A DNA stretch of 62,911 bases, the filler included, from Octopus bimaculoides (taxonomy: Eukaryota), in NCBI RefSeq assembly GCF_001194135.2. It is 6 parts of 6 records of this genome, joined end to end, with 100 filler letters (N's around TTAATTAATTAA, not from the genome) between each part and the next. Parts side by side here need not be neighbours in the genome. Positions count along the whole stretch, not along the records: positions 25,332 to 41,409 come from NC_069000.1; 5 more parts are not named here. One strand, 5' to 3'. The notes under the pieces are model-generated. The model did no database searches. It saw only the letters and a program-made list of their open reading frames with translations, and was not told the origin of the DNA. The translations under genes were made by a program, and so were the position numbers. Below, one piece after another: positions 26,923-41,509 of the stretch (position 1 is the stretch's first letter; the number at the start of each line of letters is the position of its first letter).

Positions 26923-27776
26923 CGCGGTCTGATCAATATGTATCCGGACTGTTGCCATAGTAACGAAGTTAAAGCACGCAGAGTAGAGCTGATTGGTAAA
27001 GATTGACCTTGAACTCTGCCGTGCATGCGCACTAAGTTATAACGTTCGAGCTTACTTCCGTTGTTTACAGATGTGCTTCGAAGTAACGTGTGTAGCGTGT
27101 GTTCGTCGCATTGAATATGACAGATAACTTTGAGTAGAGAATCTGCACCAACTCTTGCCAAAAGCTTGGCGACAGCTGCTCAGACGCCTATGCAAAGTTT
27201 TCGAAAAGTTTTCATCGTTCTCGACACAATCAAGGAGAATTTGCGCAACTGAAACTCGAGTGTCTTTTCGGTAAGCTGAAAGCAGTTTTGACACAAACTT
27301 GTCAGACATGCGTCTCATACACAAATCTTCAGTGATAACGAACTGAACTGAACCGTAACTAATCTGCACATCTTCTGATAACTCACGGATGGCGAATCGA
27401 CGATTTCTCCTCACAATTGCACGTAAATCTGCGATGTTCTACTGATTGCAGGTCTCCCAGAACGTTCGTCACCATCGACATTTTTCGACCATACTGGAAA
27501 CATCTCAACCACTCGTACACTTGTGCGCGGCTCATACATTCCACTCCATGCACTTTCTACGACTTAATGTAAACCTCTAAGGAGGTATCGCCATGACAGC
27601 TTTCTCTGTCATAATCAATGCGACGATCACACGTCACACTCGTCATTTCTAAGCACTGTTGTAAACATCGGTGGTGAGCTAGAACGTTAAGATCAATCTG
27701 TGCCAAGCAGCTTCACTCTGCGTGCTGAAGCTTCGTTACTATGGCAACAGCCCAGATATTTATTGATCAGACTTCA
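26923..27776. mobile_element. Non-autonomous mariner made of two inverted 5' portions
   Basis: TA flanks and long imperfect TIRs (gtctgatcaata...ctgttgccatagtaacgaag). The minus strand encodes MSRAQVYEWL...ERSGRP...RRNRRFAIRELSEDVQISYGSV...KFVSKLL; the plus strand encodes a transposase N-terminus from ATG 27117. Confidence 0.85.
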
Positions 27777-27780
27777 TATG

Positions 27781-27825
<45 letters not shown>

Positions 27826-30603
27826 GCATAATTTTGATATTAGTTATATAATGCGTATATTGAGATACAATGTAGAGGAAAGTAAAAGAAATAATATTAA
27901 TTCATTTTAACAGATGCACTTAGAGACCAAAAAATCTAGTTTCTTAAAAAAAACTTTAACGAATACCGCATTTGGTACTCGGCACTAAATTGGCAGTAGA
28001 GTCGAATATTTTCTCCGTGTAATCTGACAGTGGATTTGATGATTTCTTTAATATTATCATCTTAATAGAAATAGAAGTTTATGCAAAAGTTAAACCATAA
28101 AAATCAATGACGTCAATAAAGAAAAAAGTAATAAGAGAAGTAGCGAAGAAAATACTAAATATTTCTCTTTAGATATTTTCGTGGGGAATGTACTGAAAGG
28201 AACGTAGTTAAATAACAGCTTGTTAAAACAAGCGGTACGATATGTACTAAGCTTCTTATGTGTAACCAGATACATGTATGTGCGTGCGTGCGTGCGTGTA
28301 AGTTTGTGAATATGTGCATGAGTATGTGCGTGTGTATATGTATGAAATGGTTGTGTGTATATATATGTGTATGTAAATATGGCAAATCTGTGTATCTATT
28401 AGTCTGTAACACTATGTATGTGTGTGTCTGTGTGAGTGTGTCTGTATTTGTGTCTATCTGTCTGTCTATCTGTTTGTTTGTGTCTATCTGTGTGTGTGCG
28501 TTTCTGTGAGTGTGTCTGTGTGTGTGTCTATCTGTCTGTCTGTCTGTTTGCTTGAGTCTATCTGTGTGTGTGGGTATGTGTCTACTCTCTTCTGTTAAAT
28601 CTGAGGATATACAAGCATTTAATGGAGAAATACTACAAGATTATCAAAAATAAGCAAGAGACTAGTCCTTGAAAAAAACTAGCTCAGGGAACTAGAAGCA
28701 AGGAGAGGAAGAGAGGCAATGATGAGGAATGATGAATATGTAGATAACAAGATAGACAGATATAGGCATATCTGCGAATGTGTGTGTGTGTGAGTGTGTA
28801 TGAGTGTGTAGTATGTGTGTATATGTATATATNNNNNNNNNNNNNNNNNNNNNNNNNNNNNNNNNNNNNNNNNNNNNNNNNNNNNNNNNNNNNNNNNNNN
28901 NNNNNNNNNNNNNNNNNNNNNNNNNNNNNNNNNNNNNNNNNNNNNNNNNNNNNNNNNNNNNNNNNNNNNNNNNNNNNNNNNNNNNNNNNNNNNNNNNNNN
29001 NNNNNNNNNNNNNNNNNNNNNNNNNNNNNNNNNNNNNNNNNNNNNNNNNNNNATATATATATATATATATATATATAGTGTAGTTCGTCCGTGTAAACTT
29101 CTCTATCATCTGATCGCCAGTAAGCTACATAAGCGTCTCAAGGGCCGTGAGCTTCGTGCAGTGCACCTATCAAATTGGCTATAAATGTTCACAGTAGGTT
29201 TCCTATATAGATTGAATTACAATTCTTTCTCCAACATTTAATACAAAGTATATTAGAGAATCTCGTGAGAATACAAGTACGTATATTTATATAAACACAT
29301 AAAGACACGCACCGTCGCGACTAAAACATTCAAAGTGGTAACTGAAACAAAGGTTATATGAATATACACATACATATATACATATATAATCCTTTCTACT
29401 ACAGACCCAATGTCTAATATATTTTAGGGGAAGGGTCTAGTAAACTACATCGATCCCAGATTTCAATTAGTTCTGATTTCATCGACCCTGAAAGGATTAA
29501 CAGCAAAATCGACTTCGGTGGAATTTATACATGTATAATATACATATATATACTAATACACGTATACACACGTTAACGTACACGTTAGCATACACACGAG
29601 CGGGCTCACACACATACGTACGCACATGCATTTTGCTAAACAAAAAACGTTACTTCTTTCAAAGGTTTTTTATGCAAAACAAACCTGTTCACTACTATCA
29701 CAGAGAGCCCATTCCTTTCAATGTAATTCTAATAAACTTGATATTTCAATTCTCAAAGCTTTGTTTTCTCATTTTTTAGTATATTTCACTAAAGTCCGTT
29801 TTGTAGATGACAATGAAAGAAGGCTTCTAAGGTTGAATGAANNNNNNNNNNNNNNNNNNNNNNNNNNNNNNNNNNNNNNNNNNNNNNNNNNNNNNNNNNN
29901 NNNNNNNNNNNNNNNNNNNNNNNNNNNNNNNNNNNNNNNNNNNNNNNNNNNNNNNNNNNNNNNNNNNNNNNNNNNNNNNNNNNNNNNNNNNNNNNNNNNN
30001 NNNNNNNNNNNNNNNNNNNNNNNNNNNNNNNNNNNNNNNNNNNNNNNNNNNNNNNNNNNNNNNNNNNNNNNNNNNNNNNNNNNNNNNNNNNNNNNNNNNN
30101 NNNNNNNNNNNNNNNNNNNNNNNNNNNNNNNNNNNNNNNNNNNNNNNNNNNNNNNNNNNNNNNNNNNNNNNNNNNNNNNNNNNNNNNNNNNNNNNNNNNN
30201 NNNNNNNNNNNNNNNNNNNNNNNNNNNNNNNNNNNNNNNNNNNNNNNNNNNNNNNNNNNNNNNNNNNNNNNNNNNNNNNNNNNNNNNNNNNNNNNNNNNN
30301 NNNNNNNNNNNNNNNNNNNNNNNNNNNNNNNNNNNNNNNNNNNNNNNNNNNNNNNNNNNNNNNNNNNNNNNNNNNNNNNNNNNNNNNNNNNNNNNNNNNN
30401 NNNNNNNNNNNNNNNNNNNNNNNNNNNNNNNNNNNNNNNNNNNNNNNNNNNNNNNNNNNNNNNNNNNNNNNNNNNNNNNNNNNNNNNNNNNNNNNNNNNN
30501 NNNNNNNNNNNNNNNNNNNNNNNNNNNNNNNNNNNNNNNNNNNNNNNNNNNNNNNNNNNNNNNNNNNNNNNNNNNNNNNNNNNNNNNNATATACAATATA
30601 TAT

Positions 30604-31512
30604 ATTAGAGAGTAAAAGTATGAAAAGTTATATCTTAAAAATCACACCAGAGATAAGTCCATAATACAAGCAATATTGTTTTAATAAATAAATAGATAAA
30701 TTACAGCTATGATCAGTAAAAAATATTTTTGAAAGTACTTACGATCGTTTCACGAATTATACTACCTCTCAAAATGAAATCTAAAGTTAATAACCATTAT
30801 AGGGAAGTATATCCACTCGTCAGAGAAAAGGTTGAATTTCAGTGTAGTAAACGGAATGATGGAAATGCTATTTAAAATCGGATGAGAAAGGTGTTGTTTA
30901 AAAAGTATAAATCTGTGTTGATATAAATCTGAGCTAAAAAATTTTGGGACTATAAAAGAAATGTATGGTAAAATCTGTGGAAAGATTCCGGAGGAAATGA
31001 ATTATGGGAATTCTATTTACACACAGCTATTACAGACTCTTACCACGGATTTTATCATGGATTTATTTTATTTTTCAACATTTTTAGCTCAAGTGGAGAT
31101 GAATTATAGGAATTATAACTACACACAGCCATAACGGATTCTTAACACGGATTGTGCCGTGGATTTATTTTATTTTTTCAAAATTTACAGCTCAAATTTA
31201 CATCAACACAGATTTATACTTTTTAAACGACACCTTTCTCATCCGATTTTAAATAGCATTTCCATCATTCCGTTTACTACACTGAAATTCATCCTTTTCT
31301 CTGACGAGTGGATATACTTCCCAATAATGATTATTAACTTTAGATTTCATTTCGAGAGGTAGTATAAGCATGAAACGATCGTAAGTACTTTCCCAAAAAT
31401 TTTTAACGATCAAAGGTGTACTTCATCTATTTATTAATACAATATTTCTTATATTATGGACTTATATCTACTGTGATTTTTAAGATATAACTTTTCTTAC
31501 GTTCACTCTAAT
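30604..31512. mobile_element. Foldback-type element with about 340-bp inverted arms
   Basis: Arm 30604-30946 is the reverse complement of 31179-31512 at high identity. The spacer holds a two-copy direct repeat of about 95 bp. Confidence 0.8.
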
Positions 31513-31789
31513 CGAATCTCTAAATACCTCTTAAGGTTTTAGACATTTCTCTTACCAAGAGCACTTATATGAAATCCAGTAGACTTTGTTTTCAAACGAC
31601 ACATTTGATTAACTATATATATATATATAACTGTATATAAAAGAATTCATTTAACATATGCGTTTTACTCCAGTTACTAAATTTATATAACTGAATATAT
31701 ATATANNNNNNNNNNNNNNNNNNNNNNNNNNNNNNNNNNNNNNNNNNNNNNNNNNNNNNNNNNNNNNNNNNNNNNNNNNNNNNNNNNNN

Positions 31790-31831
<42 letters not shown>

Positions 31832-32461
31832 GTGTGTGTGTGTGCCTGTGTGTGTGTGTGTGTATGTGTGTTTCTACGTGTGTGTCTGTGTGGCTATCTA
31901 TGTTTCAGTTCGTACTCCACCACCGCTGGACAATCGGTGTCGGTGTGCTTACGTTCCCGTAACCTAATGGATCGGCAAAAGAAAGCGATAGAATAAGTAC
32001 CAGACTTCTAGAAAATGTCCTGGTGTCGTGTTATTCGACTAAAAACTCTTCAAAATAGTGCCCCAGCATGGCCACAGTCAAATGACTTAAGCAAGTGAAT
32101 TTTAAAAGATATAGAAAATTTGAATGAAATGCATTATATATTTTAATACAGGATATAAATATTTCTATTATAAATCCAAGTTTAAAAAGTTACGTTTTCA
32201 AAGAAAAAATATAAATATAAAAATGTTACTGCAAAAATATTAGTACTTTTTATCGCTAAGTGAATTTTACAGAAAAAATAAAAAACAAAAACAAAATAGA
32301 GAATAAAATTTTAGTGAAAAGTTTCGTATAAAAGTAGATTTAATGAAAAACTTTAGTGCGTCTATTTAACAATTAAGTTTCATAGAAAATGGATAAACAC
32401 ATTTTACTGACCGGTTTACGCTGTCATTAGCCTGCAATGTTTATATATGTTCTGCAATGTA

Positions 32462-32492
<31 letters not shown>

Positions 32493-35400
32493 NNNNNNNN
32501 NNNNNNNNNNNNNNNNNNNNNNNNNNNNNNNNNNNNNNNNNNNNNNNNNNNNNNNNNNNNNNNNNNNNNNNNNNNNNNNNNNNNNNNNNNNNNNNNNNNN
32601 NNNNNNNNNNNNNNNNNNNNNNNNNNNNNNNNNNNNNNNNNNNNNNNNNNNNNNNNNNNNNNNNNNNNNNNNNNNNNNNNNNNNNNNNNNNNNNNNNNNN
32701 NNNNNNNNNNNNNNNNNNNNNNNNNNNNNNNNNNNNNNNNNNNNNNNNNNNNNNNNNNNNNNNNNNNNNNNNNNNNNNNNNNNNNNNNNNNNNNNNNNNN
32801 NNNNNNNNNNNNNNNNNNNNNNNNNNNNNNNNNNNNNNNNNNNNNNNNNNNNNNNNNNNNNNNNNNNNNNNNNNNNNNNNNNNNNNNNNNNNNNNNNNNN
32901 NNNNNNNNNNNNNNNNNNNNNNNNNNNNNNNNNNNNNNNNNNNNNNNNNNNNNNNNNNNNNNNNNNNNNNNNNNNNNNNNNNNNNNNNNNNNNNNNNNNN
33001 NNNNNNNNNNNNNNNNNNNNNNNNNNNNNNNNNNNNNNNNNNNNNNNNNNNNNNNNNNNNNNNNNNNNNNNNNNNNNNNNNNNNNNNNNNNNNNNNNNNN
33101 NNNNNNNNNNNNNNNNNNNNNNNNNNNNNNNNNNNNNNNNNNNNNNNNNNNNNNNNNNNNNNNNNNNNNNNNNNNNNNGGTGTAGTTGATAATTAATTTG
33201 TAAGAATTTGTCACACAAAGTATCTGCTACTTTCGCCGATGCTAGTTTCTGGTGGTCAAATTAAATTAATCCATTGTTTTTTCGTTATTCAGCACGCTTT
33301 TCGTTGGGCCTCAAGCCCAGTTTCACCCTCAAGATATTCCCACTACGCATCGCCTCTCTAACTGCTGCTTTCTGCTGCTGTAATTAAAAGGGAGCTGGAC
33401 TGTGCATATCTCCAGCTTTTCCCCGAGCCCACCTAATCTTTCTCCCACTGGAAACCATTTCACTTATTGCCTATCCTTCATTCTTAATATCATCCTCGCC
33501 ACCAACATTTTACATTGATCACTAAACTGTGAGCCACTAACTTTTCGCTCATACGCGAACGTACATGTCTCCCTCCACCACAGCTCCCCCACCGCCACAA
33601 AAATACTCTCACAACCTACGCAGCCGCACATCATCTCTATCCTTCTCTCGCATCTCTTTCATCCTTCCTTTTACTACTGTACTATTCTTGGTATGAGAAA
33701 GGGTTTCCAGACGTAGAAAAATCATGCCAAAGCAAGACATTGGAGCACGATACAGTCATTCAACCCGTTAGATCCTACAAAACAGTCCGACCCATACCAA
33801 CTTAGATACGTACATGCAATTGTGGGAATACTCTTTTATATAAACGCATATAGAAACATTCTTACATACACACAGACACACAAAACCATATATATATANN
33901 NNNNNNNNNNNNNNNNNNNNNNNNNNNNNNNNNNNNNNNNNNNNNNNNNNNNNNNNNNNNNNNNNNNNNNNNNNNNNNNNNNNNNNNNNNNNNNNNNNNN
34001 NNNNNNNNNNNNNNNNNNNNNNNNNNNNNNNNNNNNNNNNNNNNNNNNNNNNNNNNNNNNNNNNNNNNNNNNNNNNNNNNNNNNNNNNNNNNNNNNNNNN
34101 NNNNNNNNNNNNNNNNNNNNNNNNNNNNNNNNNNNNNNNNNNNNNNNNNNNNNNNNNNNNNNNNNNNNNNNNNNNNNNNNNNNNNNNNNNNNNNNNNNNN
34201 NNNNNNNNNNNNNNNNNNNNNNNNNNNNNNNNNNNNNNNNNNNNNNNNNNNNNNNNNNNNNNNNNNNNNNNNNNNNNNNNNNNNNNNNNNNNNNNNNNNN
34301 NNNNNNNNNNNNNNNNNNNNNNNNNNNNNNNNNNNNNNNNNNNTATTAATATAAGCATAAAATTAATAAATATTTAAAGATTCAGAGCTGTGTTTGTTCT
34401 ACTGTTAAGGGCAAGACCAAATGTTTGATTCCGTTTACCCTACGTTTTTATTGGCGAAAAGTTGTTTTTATTGGAAACCTGAAGCTTGACATGACTCATG
34501 CACGCACCCACACTCAAACGCACACACACGCACGCACACAGGCACACACACATACGCACATACATACCCGCATGCCAGAACATATGTAAACACGCACGCA
34601 CACACGCACACACACATACGCACATACATACCCGCATGCCAGAACATATGTAAACACGCACATATATAAATCCCTGTTCTTGAGTCAATGAGAACTGCTA
34701 AGAATAGAAGCTAAATCCCATTTGCATGGTAACATGCACTCTAACAAAAAGAAGTTCATATTTGACAATGATGTAAAACGAGTTAGTTGTAATTAGAAAA
34801 CCTTTAGGCATAGATCTAATCAGCATAGCTTGATTAAATTTTAATAACAACAATAACCAACTCCATTTTTAGGCAGGTGTATTGCAGAGGGGCAGTTCAA
34901 TGTTGTATTCTATTGTTAGTATGATTGGTGTTTATCTCCAGGTCAGTTCTAATCAGGTAGACCTGCAATCAAATTATCTCAGCATGACTAACGCATCTTA
35001 ATTTAGAACAATATATTCACAACTACATCGTCCAGTGTGAATTTGCTTTATTAAGATTGTGTTAAGCGGGTTTAGGGGAATTTGGTTTCTATTTCTAGCA
35101 CTCCCAGCAACCACATAGAGGCTCCCTCGGTGGTAAGCAACACCTTCAGAATATATGCTTCGAAGAAATATTCATCTACGTCGTCATTTGTTGTCCTGAC
35201 TTAGTCAAAATGGAAAGCAAACTTCACGACAGAGTTTTTTTTACACTGTTGATTTATACCTGCATTAAGAAATGCCGAGAGATCAAAATATAATATAAAC
35301 ATCAAATACATTGCAGAAAATGAAACGAGAACAAAATGAATGAACATGTGTGTAAAGTTAATATATTATGTTGCGTAAGAAGGGAAAACATATAGGTGTT

Positions 35401-36528
35401 TCGGACAATTGTCCTTTGTCAAAATTGCTGATCAAGAAGAAAAAGAAATGTTTGGAATTGTGAAAGACAAAGCATGCTCGAATGGATGGTAAGAGACAAG
35501 TACATTTAGTGCTTTCTGGACGGAAGTGCAAATGGACATTAAGTAAAATACACGTTGGAGCAGTATAATGAAGCATGCATGAGAGTGCGAGAGTAGCGAA
35601 TCAAATATATGAGAGATATTGTGTGGGAATATGTGAGTATAATGTACGGAGAAGTGTTGTGATGAAGTGCGCATGTGTGTGCAAAAGTATGCAGTCAAAT
35701 ATATGGAAGAAGTTTTGTGTGAATGTTTGTGAAGAGGCATGTGTGAGTGTGATTATGAGAAATGGAGCGTATGAGATTTTGTGGATGTGAATAAAATATA
35801 TTTAAGTGGTATGAATAAGCCATAATAATGGATGGGTGGCATGAACAAAATCTTATAATCTGTGGGTGTGGAGTAGATTGGAAGAAAAATGTGGTATTAA
35901 AAGTGTGTGTGTTCTGGACGTCCATCAGTGTGCGAAGGAAGGAAGGTAGGAAAAATAAAGGTTCCTTATTGTTAGTACCAGATAGAGCTACCTATGTTTA
36001 AACGGAATAACTATTGTCGACAAACAGGAGATTCGGGTATTTTAGAAACCTGCAAACAGGGAGCTGTCGGAATGTGTAATTAGAAAATTGAAATCGTTAC
36101 ACCTGTGTCAATCGGCTGCCTCGAGTAAAATTCAATTATTATTTGGATTTATAACCTTTTGGGTTATAATTTAGGCATTTGAAGTCAGTTTAGCTGATGA
36201 CTGCAAAACCAAGTATTATCTTAAGAAGAGTGAGTGAGAAATTAGTCATTGAAATTTGAAATCAAAAAAGCACGTGTGTCATGTTCTCATACATTAGTTA
36301 TCACAAGCAGCCAAGAAGCTGAACAATATACCAAGAATCAAGATGATTGAAAGCTCTATTTGTTATTTCATAGGGGAACTTGCAAGCACCATCGCTCACT
36401 TAGCAAAATATTTGGTAATCACCAAACCGACTCTTCTGTTTGAAGTACTGACATGTACCTACATTGTCATAGGTATTTGCAGCAAACATACTCTGCCAGT
36501 TGTATTAAATTCTTTTAACACAGATCAA

Positions 36529-36885
36529 CGCAGGGGTGGCTGTATGGTAAGAAACTTGCTTACCAACCACATGGTTCCAGATTCAGTCCTACTGCCTGAC
36601 ACCTTGGGCAATTGTCTTCTATATCCTCGGGCCGACCAAAGCCTTGTGAATGGATTTGGTAGGCGAAGACTAAAAGACGCCCATCGTGTATATATTTGTG
36701 TGTGTCTGTGTTTGTTCCCCACCATCGCTTGACAGCCGATGTTGGTGTGTTTACGTCCCCGGTTCGGCAAAAAAGACCAGTAAAATAAGTACTAGGCTTA
36801 AAAAGAATAAGTTTTGAGGTCGATTTGTTCGACTAAAGGTGGTGCTCCTGCATGGCCGCAGTCAAATGACTGAAACAAGTGCAAA
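36529..36885 (+). mobile_element. SINE family A, full length
   Basis: Head caggggtggctgtatggtaag through tail gtcaaatgactgaaacaag. Confidence 0.85.
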
Positions 36886-39800
36886 AATGCCAGTCATATA
36901 AAATTAACCTTTCACTTGAAAGTAAGGATTTCTATAATTCCAGACAAATACATTCATCAATTTTTTTTTTTTTTTTTTTTTGGTGAGAAAACAAGCTATG
37001 TGCGTTAGCCAGACTTTCATTCGTAGTCTAGCCATAGAAAACTGAAAAATATTTGCAGGGTTAATTTGACTAAACCAAGGTCATGATTCTAAATACAACA
37101 AATTTGAAACCGTTAACATTGATTTAAAATATTTAATATCGATTATGAATATTTCATAACATAAATGGAAGCTACTTTGAAATACGTTAATAATTCTTCG
37201 GTCTATTGATCTCATCTTCAGAGATGAAAAACATTTGCTACATTCAAATATATAATTCGTTTTGATCTTCAATTGTCATCAGTTATCTTATCACATCTAG
37301 TCGACTAGATTCGAACGACGGTCATTCCTCTAATTGAGAATGTAATATACGGTTGTTATGTCAGTAAGTGACCGGAGATATACTGTATTGAATAATTTAT
37401 TATGAATCTGCAAGAGAATCCCCTGCTTGGCAGAGAAGCAGGTGTTGGAAATTTTAAATATTAAAAACATATATAAGGAAACTAAATTTAGAGCAACCCC
37501 TTATACAGCAATAATAATATATAACTTAATTAAAAACTATCAGAAAAAGATTAAAAACAAGGCATAACAAGTTGATTGCGACTGAAGTGAAAGATCAAAA
37601 TATCAACTGGGAAATCTCTCGCAGTAAAATACTAAAGCTCCTCACCAGTGACACCAGATTTCATCGATACTTTGACCATTTAAGTACTTCGTCTGACTGT
37701 CCGGTACAGCAGCAAGATACCATATTCTTTCCTACCTCGATGTTGTTTACTAATTTTTATGCTATCCAACACGAAACAATCACAACTGCGACTCAAACAC
37801 ACGTCTGCCTTACATCCAACAACACTGAACACTGAATTCAACTATCCGTCCAATTTCCTTTCACTCAACCAACCTTCTCAGCCAATCTTCTCAAACAAAG
37901 AGAAGGAAAGTAAAAGAATCTATGCCGACAAGGATCGGGAGGTAGGTTTAATTTTAGAGACATTGAGAGCAATCACAAAAATAGGTTATTGATATAGGCT
38001 AGTTTCTAGTCTGTAAATTGATTATGGGCGCAAGCAAGCCTTCTGTAACTAAACCGTAATAAAAATTAAAAGCTAATAATAATTTATGATATGAACACAG
38101 GAGAACTTATTTGAGAGAACAGAGTAGCCGATATCAACCGTATCTCAAGAGTACAACATACTTTATTATCCCAGAAACATGAAAATGAACGTTGCCCGCA
38201 TGCTTGGTCAAGTAAGCGAAAAATCTGTTTCGCATTCATGATGTTCTAGGTTCTTCCCATTGTATATCATGTAAGTCAGGACAACAAATGACGACAAATG
38301 TCGGTAATTGTAGCCTCATATCAATAACAACCCTATGGTTGATTCACAGTATACAGGAGCAATGTAGAAACTCATTGCAATGGTCGTCCCTGGCATTTAA
38401 AAGTTTAAATTTGTCACATACCGTCACTCTCATTTAGCCTGAGAATGAATTACTTAAATGGTATATATGTCTGTGGAATACTCAATCGCATACACGTTAA
38501 TTAAACGGGTGGGTGGTTCGAGGGATCGAATAGAACAACTGAATACTCGTCGCCCAATCTAGCAGAGCATCCATCGTCATCCTCAAAAACGATGGGAAGG
38601 GCTGGCCTCGGCTGCAATTCAATTCAAAATGTAAAGAGACATAACTAAATGCTGAAACTGATTTTAGTTCGACAAAACGTGTAATCCTACTGTTCACCGC
38701 CTTTAATGAGGATAAGAAGTATTAACAAAATACATTTGCAAAAACAACTTATATTCTTATTATTTCGTTAAATTTGTTTGTGATAAAATCACAATGGTAA
38801 ATTTCAATTATAGCTGCGAATGAAAAATGTTTTGCAAAATAATTACAAATGTCAAATGTAGTTATGGTTTCATCCTATGGTTGTTGTTTTTTTCTCCCAT
38901 TCATACGAATATACATTCATATGCGTGTGTAAATATATATTTGAATGTATTTATGTATTTATTGGTGAAATGTCTATGCGTGTATGAGCGTATTAGACAA
39001 GAAGGAAATAAGAGAGTATTCGATACTGAAATTGGAGTGTCAAAATATAATATATTTATTAAGTTGTACATTCAAATTTCTTAACTCTGAGTTTCACGTT
39101 TCCTATCGTCAACGGAAATTTGAATAACAACACAGGATACTACTAAAACGAATATTCTAAAAACGAGGACAAAAAGGAAGTATTAGATTGGATGCGTACG
39201 TGAAGATAAAATCGAATATAAAAGAAATAAGATTGATTTGATGTCTATAAGGGAAAAGAAATATTTAGTTGCTTGTACATAATTTCCCCCTCCCCTACCA
39301 AAACGGTATATATATTGTGTAGTTCGAATAGGGTAATCAAAAAGAAAGACAGCTCTTCAAACTTATTTTAGTTTCTCCAGTCTACCACCTTCCTTAGACG
39401 TTGTCTCCACAGCAATTTTATTGCAGATGTTCACCTATCTCATGCACTTCAACCTTCCAGTTATACCCCCACCAATGTTTCCTATCTACTCATGCAGGTC
39501 TTCATACAGTCGACTCATTGCTAATTCCACGTATTGAACATCGGACATTCTGAAAACTTGTCTCCTTCTTTCCTTTACAAATAATCAATAATCAAATCTT
39601 AATGCATTGAATATTCCTCTTCATCCACAAATTTAATAGCTTTTAGTCTTCCTCTACTCCGCTCATCCCCGTTCTCTAAGCCTTTCATCAAACTTAATCA
39701 TCTTTATTTAACTTCCCCTCACACCAAATCCAATATGCTCCACCTTCTTTGTAACAACCAGATTTTACGGCCACCAATCAACCTCACCCTATTCTGATTT

Positions 39801-41509
39801 TTTCCCCCTAGCAAATCTCATATTCCAGAATCAGGAATACTCTCTTATCTTTGTCAACTCTAATTACCCAGCACTAAAATTCATTTTTTCTATCTCTACT
39901 ATTAGGTTATCCGACAAGTTCTGATAATTTTGCCGAATTTTTAGACGCCTATCTTTACTGCGGCTAATCCAGTATTACTGCCCCCACAACAAACTTATAT
40001 AAGGTCAACAATTCCCGCTGCTACCGCGTTTTCACCACACATCACCACACTATATTCACCCCATCGATATTTAATCTGCATCCTCTACTTGCAATTACTT
40101 CACCTCCACAGACTCTGTTGCCGCTACTCTGATTGTGAGACTTGGTCTTAACGTATGATCCCTCACTTCGCATCAAGGTCACGCCTGCAGAACTCTACAT
40201 CAAGCTGATCGCACACATACCTGCAATATAAACTGCATCTCTGCCCTCACACATCGTACTCACCTCACTATAAAGTGCATTTATTTCTCACCGTCTTACC
40301 TCTCCGCCGCACCATCACCGTCTAGAAGTTTCGATCACGCGCCGTTACAACCAGTTATTCTCCGTTCTAGCATGTTCTACGTTATACTCACTTGCACACT
40401 GCGTGAGTTCCTGATTGCAGTTCCACCCTACGCTCCTCACACCTCGGATCATTTACTTGCGCTCATTCACGTTTATGTGCTTGTCTCTTCACCTTCCGCG
40501 TAATTACTCATACAAAACCGTAACAAGTACTTCTACGCGAAGAACCGGAAAGCCGAAACATCTCATCAATTGCGACCGGAAAGCAGCTGTTAAGTTTCGC
40601 GAGTAACTTCAGGAAGTCCAAGTAAATCACATGCGATCACCTGTCACGTGTTTGTTCTCTCTTGACTCACCATGCTTTTCGATACGCCACTGCTTACGAA
40701 AACCCGGATTACATCGTAAACAATGAATTTTTCTCTTTGGTGAAAGACAACCAGAGATGATGAAAAAAATATGGTTTGTTTTCCTCTTGCTACATATGTA
40801 CACACCAGCACAAGCACATATACATACACACGCACACACACATACACACACACACACGCACACACATGCATGCACACACGCGCGCGCACACACACACGCA
40901 CACATGCACACACACACACCATCGACCTACTACATACATTATACACAATCACGCTGCACTACACACGTACGCATGATTGCATGTGCACTTACGCCATACA
41001 TACACAAAATACAAACATATATACATTAAAGCTAATACTACTTCGTGTTAATATACATGTAGTCACACACGTAGTCACACATTGATAAATACATACACAC
41101 ATATGCATATAAACACTCGCACACACATAGGCGTATATTAAAATAACGTGCATCAATCTACATAACAAATCACACATACTAACACACGCGCACACGCACG
41201 CACACAAGTCTTTGCTACAAATAATCTCCCTTTGTAATAGTTCTCCTGGGTGTAAAACTCTTTTTATTCTTCTGCTCTCTTACGTCGCACATTCATTAAA
41301 CATAGTCACACAAACTCGTGGAATTTCTTTCTTCTTCTGGCCCTTGTTTGTTCGTGATGAAGGTGATCATCGACTTCAAGAGGGAAAACATTTCTTTTTT
41401 ACATTGACTNNNNNNNNNNNNNNNNNNNNNNNNNNNNNNNNNNNNNNNNNNNNTTAATTAATTAANNNNNNNNNNNNNNNNNNNNNNNNNNNNNNNNNNN
41501 NNNNNNNNN

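Noticed and set aside
39360-40020. Pyrimidine-skewed unique tracts (also 3000-3420, 33200-33720, 37560-37830) that may be old LINE/PLE remnants
   Set aside because: No motif could be read with enough confidence to call them.
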